This document shows positions 41,760-50,762 of a stretch of 64,000 nucleotides of DNA, one piece after another. Under the pieces are notes generated by a model. That model was not told the origin of the DNA, did no database searches, and worked only from the letters and a program-made list of their open reading frames with translations. The translations under genes were made by a program, and so were the position numbers. The stretch covers positions 8,230 to 72,229 of the forward strand of contig CBFIDK010000008.1 in the NCBI GenBank assembly GCA_965661345.1. Direction: 5' to 3'. Numbering within the stretch: the stretch's first letter is position 1; every line of letters starts with the position of its first letter. This DNA comes from Flavobacteriales bacterium. GTDB lineage: Bacteria > Bacteroidota > Bacteroidia > Flavobacteriales > UBA7312.

Positions 41760-42618
41760 AGAAATTGACTTTAAAAAATGGGATAACTGCATTGAAAGTG
41801 CTATCAATAGAAACATCTATGCAACGACTTGGTACCTTGACTTAGTCTGTAAAAATTGGGACGCTTTAATACTTAATGACTATGAGGCTGTGATGCCCTT
41901 ACCATGGAATAAAAAGTGGGGCGTCAAATACATTGCTCAACCCATGTTTTGTCAGCAGTTAGGGGTATTTCATCATTCTAAAAAATTGGATGTAGATGAT
42001 TTTATAAAATCCATACCCAAGTCCTTTCTATATGTAAACATGAATCTAAATACTCTTAATGGAAAGTCTAAATTTTCAGTCAAAGAGAATACTAACTATG
42101 AACTTTTATTAAAAGACCACGATACTCTAAGAAAAGGCTATTCAAAAAGTCATTTGAAAAATTTAAGACGCGCAACTAGGCATGAGCTTGTAATAGCAAA
42201 TCCATGTGATACGGCAGATGAATTCTCAAAAAGCAAACGAAATTTAGCATTAGATTTCATGACGTCTAAGCAGTTTGAATTAGAACATGACATTGTTCAA
42301 ACTTCATTAGCTTTTTCAAAAGGTGAAATTTTTTCTGTTGAAGGTAATGATGGTATATGTTGTTCTGTTTTTGTGTTATGTGGAAGTAAAAGACTGTTTT
42401 TGCTGAGTTCTTATTCTAATGAAGAGAGCAGAAAAAAGGGAGCTTATTTCTTTCTTTTAGATTATATATTTTCACTAGAAAGATTCAAGGGATACGTTTT
42501 TGATTTTGAAGGTTCAAATTTAGATGGAGTAGCACAAATTAACGATGGTTTTGGAGCAGAGCTCACGAAATACCATACCGTTAAGTTTAATTTTTTGAAT
42601 AGATTTCTCAGATTTTAA
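41737..42618 (+). CDS. Conserved hypothetical protein; GNAT/FemAB-like acyltransferase fold suspected
   Basis: 293 aa. It overlaps the upstream gene by 23 nt. The N-terminal ...FKKWDNCIESAINRNIYATTWYLDLV...AVMPLPW pattern resembles proteins I recall annotated as GNAT family in Flavobacteriia. This is unverified. Confidence 0.45.
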   Translation: MINYKRHKEIDFKKWDNCIESAINRNIYATTWYLDLVCKNWDALILNDYEAVMPLPWNKKWGVKYIAQPMFCQQLGVFHHSKKLDVDDFIKSIPKSFLYVNMNLNTLNGKSKFSVKENTNYELLLKDHDTLRKGYSKSHLKNLRRATRHELVIANPCDTADEFSKSKRNLALDFMTSKQFELEHDIVQTSLAFSKGEIFSVEGNDGICCSVFVLCGSKRLFLLSSYSNEESRKKGAYFFLLDYIFSLERFKGYVFDFEGSNLDGVAQINDGFGAELTKYHTVKFNFLNRFLRF

Positions 42619-42619
42619 A

Positions 42620-43312
42620 CTAGAGTTTGACCATTGTGCTAGTATTTGATATGAAATCGGAATAAAGAAAGGATACAGACTTATCTTTTACTTCAACACT
42701 TGTAATACTAGTAGTTAGGATATCGGTATATTCTTTTTTTATTTCAGTTAGCTCATGGTTATTATCCCTTAATAATAGATGAAAGTTTATTGGGTTAACA
42801 TCTTGATTCTTTTCTTCCCAATCTAGTAGTGAACTATGTCTTTTTTGATTTACAGTTTTGTTATACAAAGAGGTTGATGTCCAAAGATGCGTTGTTGTAT
42901 TGTCGAAGGATTTAACTGTCAATTTTTCACCATCCCAATTAAACTCTTGAATATGAATTTGGGTTTTAAAATCTACTTGTAAAAGGATAAACGGTTCTAT
43001 TTGTTTTAGAGGAATTTTTTCTAAAAAGTCCTTTGTATTTGAAAACTTAAAATTGTTAAGTAAAATTTGTCCTCTGCTGATCTTATTTAGTGGATTTATT
43101 TTTGTTAAAATTTTTCCATTTAATAAGCATAGAACTCGTTCTTTTGAAGAAGCAATCCATGTTCCACCAGATTGCTTATCCTTAGGGTAAATTAGATTTT
43201 CTCCTTTCTTTTTTCTCTTTTTAGGACTCGAGGTAGGTCGATTTTTATTTTCGTCTCTACTGGATGTAAGTATGAAACCGTTTTTCTTAGGGATATAACT
43301 AACTGTACACAT
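42620..43312 (-). CDS. NRDE family protein (TANGO2-like, N-terminal-Cys hydrolase-like)
   Basis: MCTVSYIP...LTSSRDE (N-terminal Cys2 plus the NRDE-type motif). 230 aa. Confidence 0.75.
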   Translation of the reverse strand: MCTVSYIPKKNGFILTSSRDENKNRPTSSPKKRKKKGENLIYPKDKQSGGTWIASSKERVLCLLNGKILTKINPLNKISRGQILLNNFKFSNTKDFLEKIPLKQIEPFILLQVDFKTQIHIQEFNWDGEKLTVKSFDNTTTHLWTSTSLYNKTVNQKRHSSLLDWEEKNQDVNPINFHLLLRDNNHELTEIKKEYTDILTTSITSVEVKDKSVSFLYSDFISNTSTMVKL

Positions 43313-43801
43313 TATTTCTTATCGTTGAATACGCCATTCCAAAATCATCATTTATTAATTTTTCTTTTCCAAGTTCAATTAAGGCAACTTTAATTAAGGC
43401 TTGATGGTGAATACTATGGTCTAAAAAAAAAGTAATTCTCTCAAAGCATTACTGTTCATTTGATTAGACTGACTATCCTCAACGGTGTAGTTATATTCAA
43501 AAATAATAGCATTCTGATAATTCATCAATAAAGATAGCTTTTCTATTACTGTATTTATGGTTTCAATACAAGTAGTTATGTTTGATTCTAGTGTTATGGA
43601 ACGTTCTCGAGAATCAAAGTTTATACGATTTTCTTCAATACCTTTAAGATAGCATAAGTAAAATTCAATAATATGTCTGCAGTGCTGACCAATAGTTGAG
43701 TTATTCAAATGCTTAATTGGTATGACATAATCCTCGCTAGTGATTTTTTTTAAAAGCTCTAGCATAGAATTAAGGTTGTTCGTGCAAATTGTGTTTATCA
43801 T
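43299..43801 (-). pseudogene. DinB-family (four-helix-bundle metal-binding) gene interrupted by a frameshift at a T9 run
   Basis: The N-terminal ORF 43421-43801 carries IGQHCRHIIEF. The -1 frame continues LDHSIHHQALIKVALIELGK... to a stop at 43299-43301, which supplies the missing C-terminal DinB His triad. The junction is (ct)t ttt ttt tag at 43421-43432. Confidence 0.7.
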
Positions 43802-43805
43802 AAGT

Positions 43806-44822
43806 TTAATGGCTGTAAAGTTGATATAAGGCTACTAATATTTCTTTAAAAGAGGCTGTTTTGACCCCTTTGAGTTCTTTGTTTTGTTTACTTATTTTGA
43901 ACATTATATTCATGTGCCAAAATATGTCTCTATATGCGTTTTTTATCTTTGTTTTTGTGTCGTAGATATGTGACGGTTCAGAATTCACTCCATTTACTTC
44001 TAACACTATTAAGTCTTTGTTTAGTAAAGCGTCAATGCTTTTTGTTTTCAAGTCAATTCTGCCGTAATAAAAGTCTGGAATATGTGAGGCTACCCATGAT
44101 ATTACGTGTTCCAATTCTTTACTAATCAGATTGTTAGCGTTTATAAATTCAGTGCCTCGGTTATGATTTCCAATGGGTTCTAAAAGTATTTCCTCACCCT
44201 TTGGGACGACACAATTCCATTGTGATTTTAATTCTTTTTTAAGTTTACTTCTTTGGTCAATGGCTCTTATGTTTCTAGAAACAATTTTTTTTAATGTTGA
44301 CTTTCCGTCGCCTACAGCACAAAGAAATTTCTTTTTTGTGATTGATGTTATTTTTTCTTCCTTTCCATCTGGGGTTTTAACAAAGAATATACCAAGCTCA
44401 AGAGGGTAGTCAATGTATTCTTGTAATAAAAATTCATCTCGAGATGCTCGGATTAAAAAATCAATAAGCTCGTTAAATGAATCCACCTTTTTTACTTCCT
44501 TGCCTCTTTGACCTTTATCAGGCTTTACTATTAAGGGGAATTGGAATTGTTGTTCAATGATTAAGTTTTGCAGTTTATGATTCTCAATGTTCTTATTAAT
44601 CAGTATTGTTTTTGGTACTGTTTCCTTTGGTAAGAAACGTAAATAATCCATTTTTGAATACTCTAAACCGCCGCTATATTTCATGCCGGGATTTACAGCC
44701 GTAAAGAATGTAATAGATCGGGCCTTTAAAGAAAGTAATAATCCATATAAAGCAACTGGTAAATAAAAAAGCCACGTTGGCCAAAATTCAAATTTGAATA
44801 TCCTCTTGAGTTGTAGAATCAC
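43806..44822 (-). CDS. Membrane-anchored ATP-grasp family ligase
   Basis: N-terminal TM segment (FWPTWLFYLPVALYGLLLSL). ATP-grasp segments FPLIVKPDKGQRGKEV, LLQEYIDYPLELGIFFV and LIVLEVNGVNSEP. GTG start at 44822. Confidence 0.7.
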   Translation of the reverse strand: MILQLKRIFKFEFWPTWLFYLPVALYGLLLSLKARSITFFTAVNPGMKYSGGLEYSKMDYLRFLPKETVPKTILINKNIENHKLQNLIIEQQFQFPLIVKPDKGQRGKEVKKVDSFNELIDFLIRASRDEFLLQEYIDYPLELGIFFVKTPDGKEEKITSITKKKFLCAVGDGKSTLKKIVSRNIRAIDQRSKLKKELKSQWNCVVPKGEEILLEPIGNHNRGTEFINANNLISKELEHVISWVASHIPDFYYGRIDLKTKSIDALLNKDLIVLEVNGVNSEPSHIYDTKTKIKNAYRDIFWHMNIMFKISKQNKELKGVKTASFKEILVALYQLYSH

Positions 44823-45219
44823 TAGTTTGTTTCTTGTTGGTTAAAAGTCGACTTTTAAGATTTGAGTAAATAAGAATAACACTTAGAATGATAACGATTA
44901 TAGCCATGCTAAATAGTCTTCCATTATCAGACTCTCCGTTCCATTCCACTACAATCCCTAAATCGGTTGTAAGGTGAGAAAATACTGCTCCGAGCATTAA
45001 ACCTAAACTTACAAAAGTTGCGTAGATTGAAAATCTTGGGACAAATAATAGCAAAGCGCATATAAGTTCAAGACAACCTAAAAATATTCTTCCGTATGGC
45101 TCCATATCCAATGTCGTAAAAATATGGACTGCTTGAGGGTGAGCTGAAAATTTAAAAAATAGTGTTTGAATAAAAATTATCGCAATGATTAGCTTTAAGA
45201 AGAAGTTTATAGTTTTCAT
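44788..45219 (-). CDS. DoxX family membrane protein
   Basis: 143 aa with four TM segments. The pattern FLKLIIAIIFIQTLFFKF...GRIFLGCLELICALLLFVPRF is typical of DoxX. Confidence 0.7.
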   Translation of the reverse strand: MKTINFFLKLIIAIIFIQTLFFKFSAHPQAVHIFTTLDMEPYGRIFLGCLELICALLLFVPRFSIYATFVSLGLMLGAVFSHLTTDLGIVVEWNGESDNGRLFSMAIIVIILSVILIYSNLKSRLLTNKKQTSDSTTQEDIQI

Positions 45220-45223
45220 GATA

Positions 45224-45679
45224 TTAGTTTGTTATTTTTTTCCAATTTATTTTGGCTTTTTGTTCTAAATTTTTGGGGTCATTATTCCATTTGCTTTTGG
45301 TGTCATTAAAAAACGAATAGTAGAATAAATATAAATTCCCTTCATTAACGATGAAGCTCTCAGGGTCAATTTTTACTTTCTCGCCAGTTGCTCCCATGGC
45401 GTATGCACACCAACCGCCAAAACTCGGCAAATACTTTGTCGGAGACTTTTTAAAGCTGTTGAGGTGTTTTTCTGAAGAAAAATAATAGTTAACGTTTTCA
45501 AATGTAAACTTGTAATTTTTTTTCCCTTCAACGGCTTTATTTTCTTCGAAATATGAAACCAAATCATAACCATCAACAGCGATGTTGTTTGAATTTAAAT
45601 TTAAATGAGAATTGGCATCTTGGGAATAAATGTCCTGAAAGAAGACAATTAAAAATAGTAGTAGAAAGTACTTTTTCAT
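45224..45679 (-). CDS. Secreted YHS-domain protein (Cys form of the family named 'YHS domain-containing (seleno)protein')
   Basis: Signal peptide present. Contains GYDLVSYFEE...YYFSSEKHLNSFKKSP..YLPSFGGWCAYAM. Confidence 0.75.
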   Translation of the reverse strand: MKKYFLLLFLIVFFQDIYSQDANSHLNLNSNNIAVDGYDLVSYFEENKAVEGKKNYKFTFENVNYYFSSEKHLNSFKKSPTKYLPSFGGWCAYAMGATGEKVKIDPESFIVNEGNLYLFYYSFFNDTKSKWNNDPKNLEQKAKINWKKITN

Positions 45680-45841
45680 AATCAGCTTTTAAGTTTAATA
45701 CGAAGTTATTGTTTTTATTTTATTAAAATATATTTTTTGAGCAAGATTTTTTTGATGACAAATAAAGAAAACAATGTTTTATACCGCTATTAGTAATAAA
45801 TTTCTGAATTTTGCGTTACTTTATCTAATTAAAGCTGTAAA

Positions 45842-46273
45842 ATGCATATTCTAGAAGTAATATCTGTTTTCTTTGTAAGTTTTGTAAAGTTTTTTTTGGC
45901 TATACCATTAGCCATTACATTTGATTTTACATTTTGGGAAACTTTCCTAATTACGTGCGTTGGAGGTATATTAGGCGTTTTATTCTTTGCTCAATTCAGA
46001 CGTGTTATTCTTAGGTTATATTACAGCTATTTTCCTAATAAAGCTAAGGCTCCTAAAAAACAAAACTTCAAGAATGTTTTGGCAATAAAGACTGCCAAGA
46101 AATACGGTTTGTTTGGCATTGCTTTTTTAACTCCAATAGTATTTTCAATTCCTTTAGGAACGTTCTTAGCGCTTCACTTTTTTCCAAACAAGAAGAAAAC
46201 CATACCGATTCTTATTGCTTCTGTTCTTGGATGGTCTTTTGTTTTAACTTTAGCATGGAATATTAATGTATAA
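45842..46273 (+). CDS. Small integral membrane protein (about 4 TM), unknown function
   Basis: 143 aa and hydrophobic throughout. No motif recognised with confidence. Confidence 0.55.
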   Translation: MHILEVISVFFVSFVKFFLAIPLAITFDFTFWETFLITCVGGILGVLFFAQFRRVILRLYYSYFPNKAKAPKKQNFKNVLAIKTAKKYGLFGIAFLTPIVFSIPLGTFLALHFFPNKKKTIPILIASVLGWSFVLTLAWNINV

Positions 46274-46958
46274 GCATATATTTTTTGATTTAGACCGTAC
46301 GCTATGGGATTTTGAAAAAAATTCACATGAGGTACTTAACGACTTATATTTCAAATACAATTTACTCTCAAGAGGTATTGTTAGTGTTGAAGACTTTATT
46401 ACACGATATAAAATTAATAATGAAAAACTTTGGGATTTATATCGCCAAAATAAGATAGAAAAAGAAAAATTAAGGGATGAGAGGTTTAGAGTTACACTTG
46501 AAGAATATAATATTCATGATGATAAACTAGCTTCTCAAATTGGTCTGGATTACATTGAGCAGTGCCCTTTAAAAACAAACCTTTTCCCATTTGTGCATTC
46601 CACTTTGTCTTTTTTGAAAGATAGGTATGAGCTGCACATTATTACAAATGGTTTTGAGGAAGTCCAATTCAAAAAGTTGAAAAACAATAATCTTCTAGAC
46701 TATTTCAATCAGGTAATTACCTCTGAACAAGTTGGTTACAAGAAGCCAAGCAAAGAGATATTTAATTATTCAATGAAAAAGATTTTTGCCAGGCCTTCTG
46801 ACTGTCTAATGGTTGGAGATGATTTAGTTGCTGATATACATGGTTCTAGAGAATTCGGTATGGATCAGATTTATTTTAATCCCTATTCTGTCCCACATTC
46901 TGATACCAATATTACTCACGAAATTAAATGCCTCAGTGAGATAGAGCAGTTACTATAA
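46266..46958 (+). CDS. HAD-superfamily hydrolase (YjjG-like nucleotidase subfamily)
   Basis: Contains FFDLDRTLWDF (DxD motif), ITNG and VGDDLVADI. 230 aa. Confidence 0.8.
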   Translation: MYKHIFFDLDRTLWDFEKNSHEVLNDLYFKYNLLSRGIVSVEDFITRYKINNEKLWDLYRQNKIEKEKLRDERFRVTLEEYNIHDDKLASQIGLDYIEQCPLKTNLFPFVHSTLSFLKDRYELHIITNGFEEVQFKKLKNNNLLDYFNQVITSEQVGYKKPSKEIFNYSMKKIFARPSDCLMVGDDLVADIHGSREFGMDQIYFNPYSVPHSDTNITHEIKCLSEIEQLL

Positions 46959-48162
46959 ATCCCATTTTTTTTAAATCTTCCCAAAACGTAGGATAAGATT
47001 TACTTACGACCTCTACATCATTAATTTTAACATCGAATAATATTCCAAAAGGTGCTAAACACATCGCCATACGGTGGTCGTTGTGCGTTTCAAGATTTTG
47101 TTTTGGAGCCGCTATTTTTGAGTTTTGAAGTTTAATTTCTGAATCGGTATATTCTGATTTTTGATTTAATTTTTCCAACTCTTTTTTTAAGGCTGCAAGT
47201 CGGTGACTTTCTTTGTATTTTAAATTTTGAAGACCACTAATTGTCGCATTTCTAGATAGTCCAACAAGAGAACAACAGTAGGCTTGCGCCAAGTCAGGGT
47301 AATTTACTAAACTTAAATCCAGCGACTTCGAAATTTCGCTATTTTTACGTTTTGAAACATACAGTGAAGAATTTTGAAATTTACTTTCTATTCCTAACAA
47401 CTTAAAAATTTCTAAGAGCTTATAATCGCCTTGCCAACTTTCTTCAAACAATCCATTTATTTTCAATTTACCTTCTTCAGACAATACTAAAATTTCAAGA
47501 AGAAAAGCTAATGCACTCCAATCGCCTTCTATTTGAATGTCTTTAGCTACATAAGATTGCTTTTTTACGCAAATTGTATTACCATCCCACTGGCTATCAA
47601 CACCAAAGTATGTCATCATTTTTAACGTCATAGAAATATAAGGCTTTGATAACACATTGCCTAACAATGTGATTTCTAATCCTTTTTTGAGTGAGGGTGC
47701 AATTAATAACAGGGCAGAAACAAATTGACTACTTATACTGGCATCGATAGATACTTTTCCACCTTCAATTGTTTTGCCAGCAATTTTTAAGGGTGGGTAA
47801 CCCTCTTTTTCAAGATATTCAATATCGGCTCCTAAAGCTGTTAAGGCATTCACCAAATCTTTAATTGGACGTTCTTTCATTCGCTCACTTCCACTAAGCA
47901 TGAATTCACCACTTTTAGTAGATAAAAGCGCCGTAAGAAAACGAAAAGCTGTTCCACTATCTCCAACATTAATAGTGCTCGATTGACTGTGTAAAGCCTT
48001 AGAAAGTAGTTGCGTATCTTTTGAAGAAGATAAATCTTCAATGGTAAAAGATTCAGAGCAAAGCGCCTTAATTATTAAAGCTCTGTTGCTTAAACTTTTT
48101 GATTTAGGTAAGTTTATTTCAGCGTCTATTTTTTTTGTTTTATGTGAAATGTGGTAGTTCAT
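46933..48162 (-). CDS. aroA: 3-phosphoshikimate 1-carboxyvinyltransferase (EPSP synthase)
   Basis: Contains LPKSKSLSNRALI and NVGDSGTAFRFLTA...HNDHRMAM. 409 aa. Confidence 0.9.
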   Translation of the reverse strand: MNYHISHKTKKIDAEINLPKSKSLSNRALIIKALCSESFTIEDLSSSKDTQLLSKALHSQSSTINVGDSGTAFRFLTALLSTKSGEFMLSGSERMKERPIKDLVNALTALGADIEYLEKEGYPPLKIAGKTIEGGKVSIDASISSQFVSALLLIAPSLKKGLEITLLGNVLSKPYISMTLKMMTYFGVDSQWDGNTICVKKQSYVAKDIQIEGDWSALAFLLEILVLSEEGKLKINGLFEESWQGDYKLLEIFKLLGIESKFQNSSLYVSKRKNSEISKSLDLSLVNYPDLAQAYCCSLVGLSRNATISGLQNLKYKESHRLAALKKELEKLNQKSEYTDSEIKLQNSKIAAPKQNLETHNDHRMAMCLAPFGILFDVKINDVEVVSKSYPTFWEDLKKMGFIVTALSH

Positions 48163-48165
48163 TAC

Positions 48166-49176
48166 TTAAAACAGCGCATTTATTTTAGGAACATCAATAG
48201 TGCAATCGTAACTGCATTTTCCGATTTCTGAAATTAGAGAAAACTTCAATTCCTTGTTTTCATTTTTTTTGTCATTTTTCAAAAAGGGTAATATATCCTC
48301 GAAATCTGGAAGCTCTATCAAATCGAATGTTGATTTTAAAAAGTTACTTATTTCTATTTTTTCCTCTTTTGTAGCATTTGACAATTGGCTTTCTAATAGC
48401 ATTCCTGTTGCTACAGCTTGACCATGTAAAGCCACTTTACCTATTGATAAACAATAACTTTCAATGGCATGACCAATGCTGTGACCAAAATTGAGTATTT
48501 TTCTATATCCATTTTCATGTGGATCATTGCTGACAATTTCATTTTTGATGGTTACGCTTTTTGCAATAACATCCTCCCAATTTAATTTTTCAACGTCTGT
48601 TGAATGAAGGCTTTTCCACATTTTAGCATCGTAAATTAATGCATGTTTTACAACTTCTGCATAGCCCGAATACAACTGTTCTTTGCTCAAGGTTTTAAGG
48701 AATGAAGGGTAAATAAAAACACCTTGAGGATTTCTAAATAGACCAATTTGATTTTTTAAGTTAGAGTAATCAACCCCCAATTTCCCACCAACAGAGGCAT
48801 CCACCATGGCTAATAATGTAGTGGGAACTTGAATGAAGTTTATTCCTCTTTTGTAGCACGATGCGGCAAAACCTCCCATATCGCCAATGACTCCACCTCC
48901 AAGATTTATAAGAATGGATTTTCTGTCAAATTTTGCTTCTGTAAGTGCATTCCAAATTAATTGACAACTTGTGATGGTTTTATTTTCCTCACCAGATTTT
49001 GTTTCAATAATAAGTGGAGATTGTATGTTGCTTTCTTCAAGAAAGGTGTTCAAGCAGTAGCTTTTGGTATGCTCATCAACAACAATAGCAACCGACGAAT
49101 GTTCAGAAAGATCAATGCTTTTTAAGCTATCATTTCCGATATACACAGAGTATGTTTGACAGTTGACTACTTTCAT
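48166..49176 (-). CDS. aroB: 3-dehydroquinate synthase
   Basis: Contains LGGGVIGDMGGFAAS, VPTTLLAMVDASVGGK and GHSIGHA. 336 aa. Confidence 0.9.
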   Translation of the reverse strand: MKVVNCQTYSVYIGNDSLKSIDLSEHSSVAIVVDEHTKSYCLNTFLEESNIQSPLIIETKSGEENKTITSCQLIWNALTEAKFDRKSILINLGGGVIGDMGGFAASCYKRGINFIQVPTTLLAMVDASVGGKLGVDYSNLKNQIGLFRNPQGVFIYPSFLKTLSKEQLYSGYAEVVKHALIYDAKMWKSLHSTDVEKLNWEDVIAKSVTIKNEIVSNDPHENGYRKILNFGHSIGHAIESYCLSIGKVALHGQAVATGMLLESQLSNATKEEKIEISNFLKSTFDLIELPDFEDILPFLKNDKKNENKELKFSLISEIGKCSYDCTIDVPKINALF

Positions 49177-50726
49177 TCGGTTATACTTCTAATGGGTTTT
49201 CCAGTACAACCATTTGGAAATGAAATGCCTAGTAATGTACTCACAGTAGGCGCAATATCACAGATAGAAACATACTCGTCAGAAAGCCCTTGTTTTATGC
49301 CTTTGCCCCAAAATAATAGAGGAACGTGTGTGTCGTAGCTAAAGCATGAGCCATGGGTAGTTCCAGTTGGCGAACTCCATTCTATCCATCCAGAGTTTAA
49401 TGCGATAACGACATCACCTGAACGCTTCTGATTAAAGCCTTTTTGTATTAATGAATGAAAACTATTTTGGTATTCATTGTGGTGCAATTGGTGCGCTGTA
49501 AAAACATTTTGGACACCTTCTGTTTTAATAAGATAGTCGGCTGCTACTTGTTGAACTTCCTGATGATTTAGCTTTTGATCATCTATTAAATTACGATTTA
49601 GAAAAAACTGCTGATTAGAATATTTCAGTACCCAGTTGTTTTCGCCAAAACGTTTAGAAAGATGAGAATTCAATTCTGTAGTAAGGTTAGAAGCATCAAA
49701 ATATCCAGCTGGAATTTTCCTTTTCTTAAGCTCGTTTGGAACACTTACAACGCCATGGTCAGAAGTCAGAAACACAAGAGCATTTTCTTTTCCTACAGTA
49801 GAGTTGATGTGTTTGAGGATTTCTGCAATTTCTTTGTCTAGTTTGATGTATGTGTCTACAAGTTCTTGTGCATGAGGTCCAAACTGATGCCCAATGTAAT
49901 CGGTTGAAGAAAAACTAATAGTAAGAACATCTGTAATTTTATCGTCACCCATTTTTTCAGACTTCATCAATGCTATGGCTAAATCTTTCAAATAGGTGTT
50001 GCCTTGGGGTGTGCTTTTTACAGAGGAAGGTCCTCTGCTTGATAGTAAACTATCCATTGGATACCCAAAACCTTTTCCTTTCCATGCGCCTTTAAAGTAA
50101 CTACTAGCGGGCTTATCTTGTTGAAATTCTACTAACCATTCAGGCAATTGTTCGTAATAATATGAACTAGAAATCCATTCACCACTTTTACCCATCCAAA
50201 AAGCACCGTTAGCGGTATGCCCAGCGGGTAATATTGCTCCTCTGTCTTTGATGGATATTCCAAATACTTTGGAGTTTGGACTAAACAGCTTTAGCTCATC
50301 AGAAAAGGTGGTAGTGAGCATACGGTGAGGAGACATTTTTCCTGCGCTCGCTTCTACGTCTTTATGATTATCACAGTCACACACTGTTGTTGTGTTGCCG
50401 TCACCTGCGCAATAGACTGAACTTCCATCGGATTTATTATACCAATTATTGCCTATAATCCCATGTACAGATGGCGTTGTGCCAGTAAAGATACTTGCAT
50501 GGCCTGGCCCTGTGTAAGTAGGGGTGTAATTGTAATGGGTATTGCGTAAAAAATACCCTTCATTGACAAGTTTCTTAAATCCATCATCTTGAAACTGATT
50601 CCAAAAACGATAGATGTAATCGTAACGCATTTGGTCAACCACAATGCCGACCACTAGTTTAGGTTTTTCTTGTGCTTGAGCGATTCCGCTACACAGTATT
50701 AAAGCAATGATTATTATTTTCTTCAC
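49173..50726 (-). CDS. Alkaline-phosphatase-superfamily phosphatase/phosphodiesterase (NPP/PafA-like), secreted
   Basis: VVDQMRYD, TPTYTGPGHASIFTG and LTSDHG are metal/nucleophile motifs. GTG 50726 gives MKKIIIIALILCSGIAQAQ, a good signal peptide. The ORF-track start at 50855 lies upstream of the promoter box. Confidence 0.8.
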   Translation of the reverse strand: MKKIIIIALILCSGIAQAQEKPKLVVGIVVDQMRYDYIYRFWNQFQDDGFKKLVNEGYFLRNTHYNYTPTYTGPGHASIFTGTTPSVHGIIGNNWYNKSDGSSVYCAGDGNTTTVCDCDNHKDVEASAGKMSPHRMLTTTFSDELKLFSPNSKVFGISIKDRGAILPAGHTANGAFWMGKSGEWISSSYYYEQLPEWLVEFQQDKPASSYFKGAWKGKGFGYPMDSLLSSRGPSSVKSTPQGNTYLKDLAIALMKSEKMGDDKITDVLTISFSSTDYIGHQFGPHAQELVDTYIKLDKEIAEILKHINSTVGKENALVFLTSDHGVVSVPNELKKRKIPAGYFDASNLTTELNSHLSKRFGENNWVLKYSNQQFFLNRNLIDDQKLNHQEVQQVAADYLIKTEGVQNVFTAHQLHHNEYQNSFHSLIQKGFNQKRSGDVVIALNSGWIEWSSPTGTTHGSCFSYDTHVPLLFWGKGIKQGLSDEYVSICDIAPTVSTLLGISFPNGCTGKPIRSITE

Positions 50727-50754
50727 TTTTTTAATTTTAGATTTAATTGATATG

Positions 50755-50762
50755 CAAAAATA
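50755..50762 (-). promoter_or_regulatory. Candidate -7 box (minus strand TAttTTTG) for the phosphatase-aroB-aroA operon
   Basis: The plus strand reads CAAAAATA. The box ends 28 nt upstream of GTG 50726. Confidence 0.45.
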
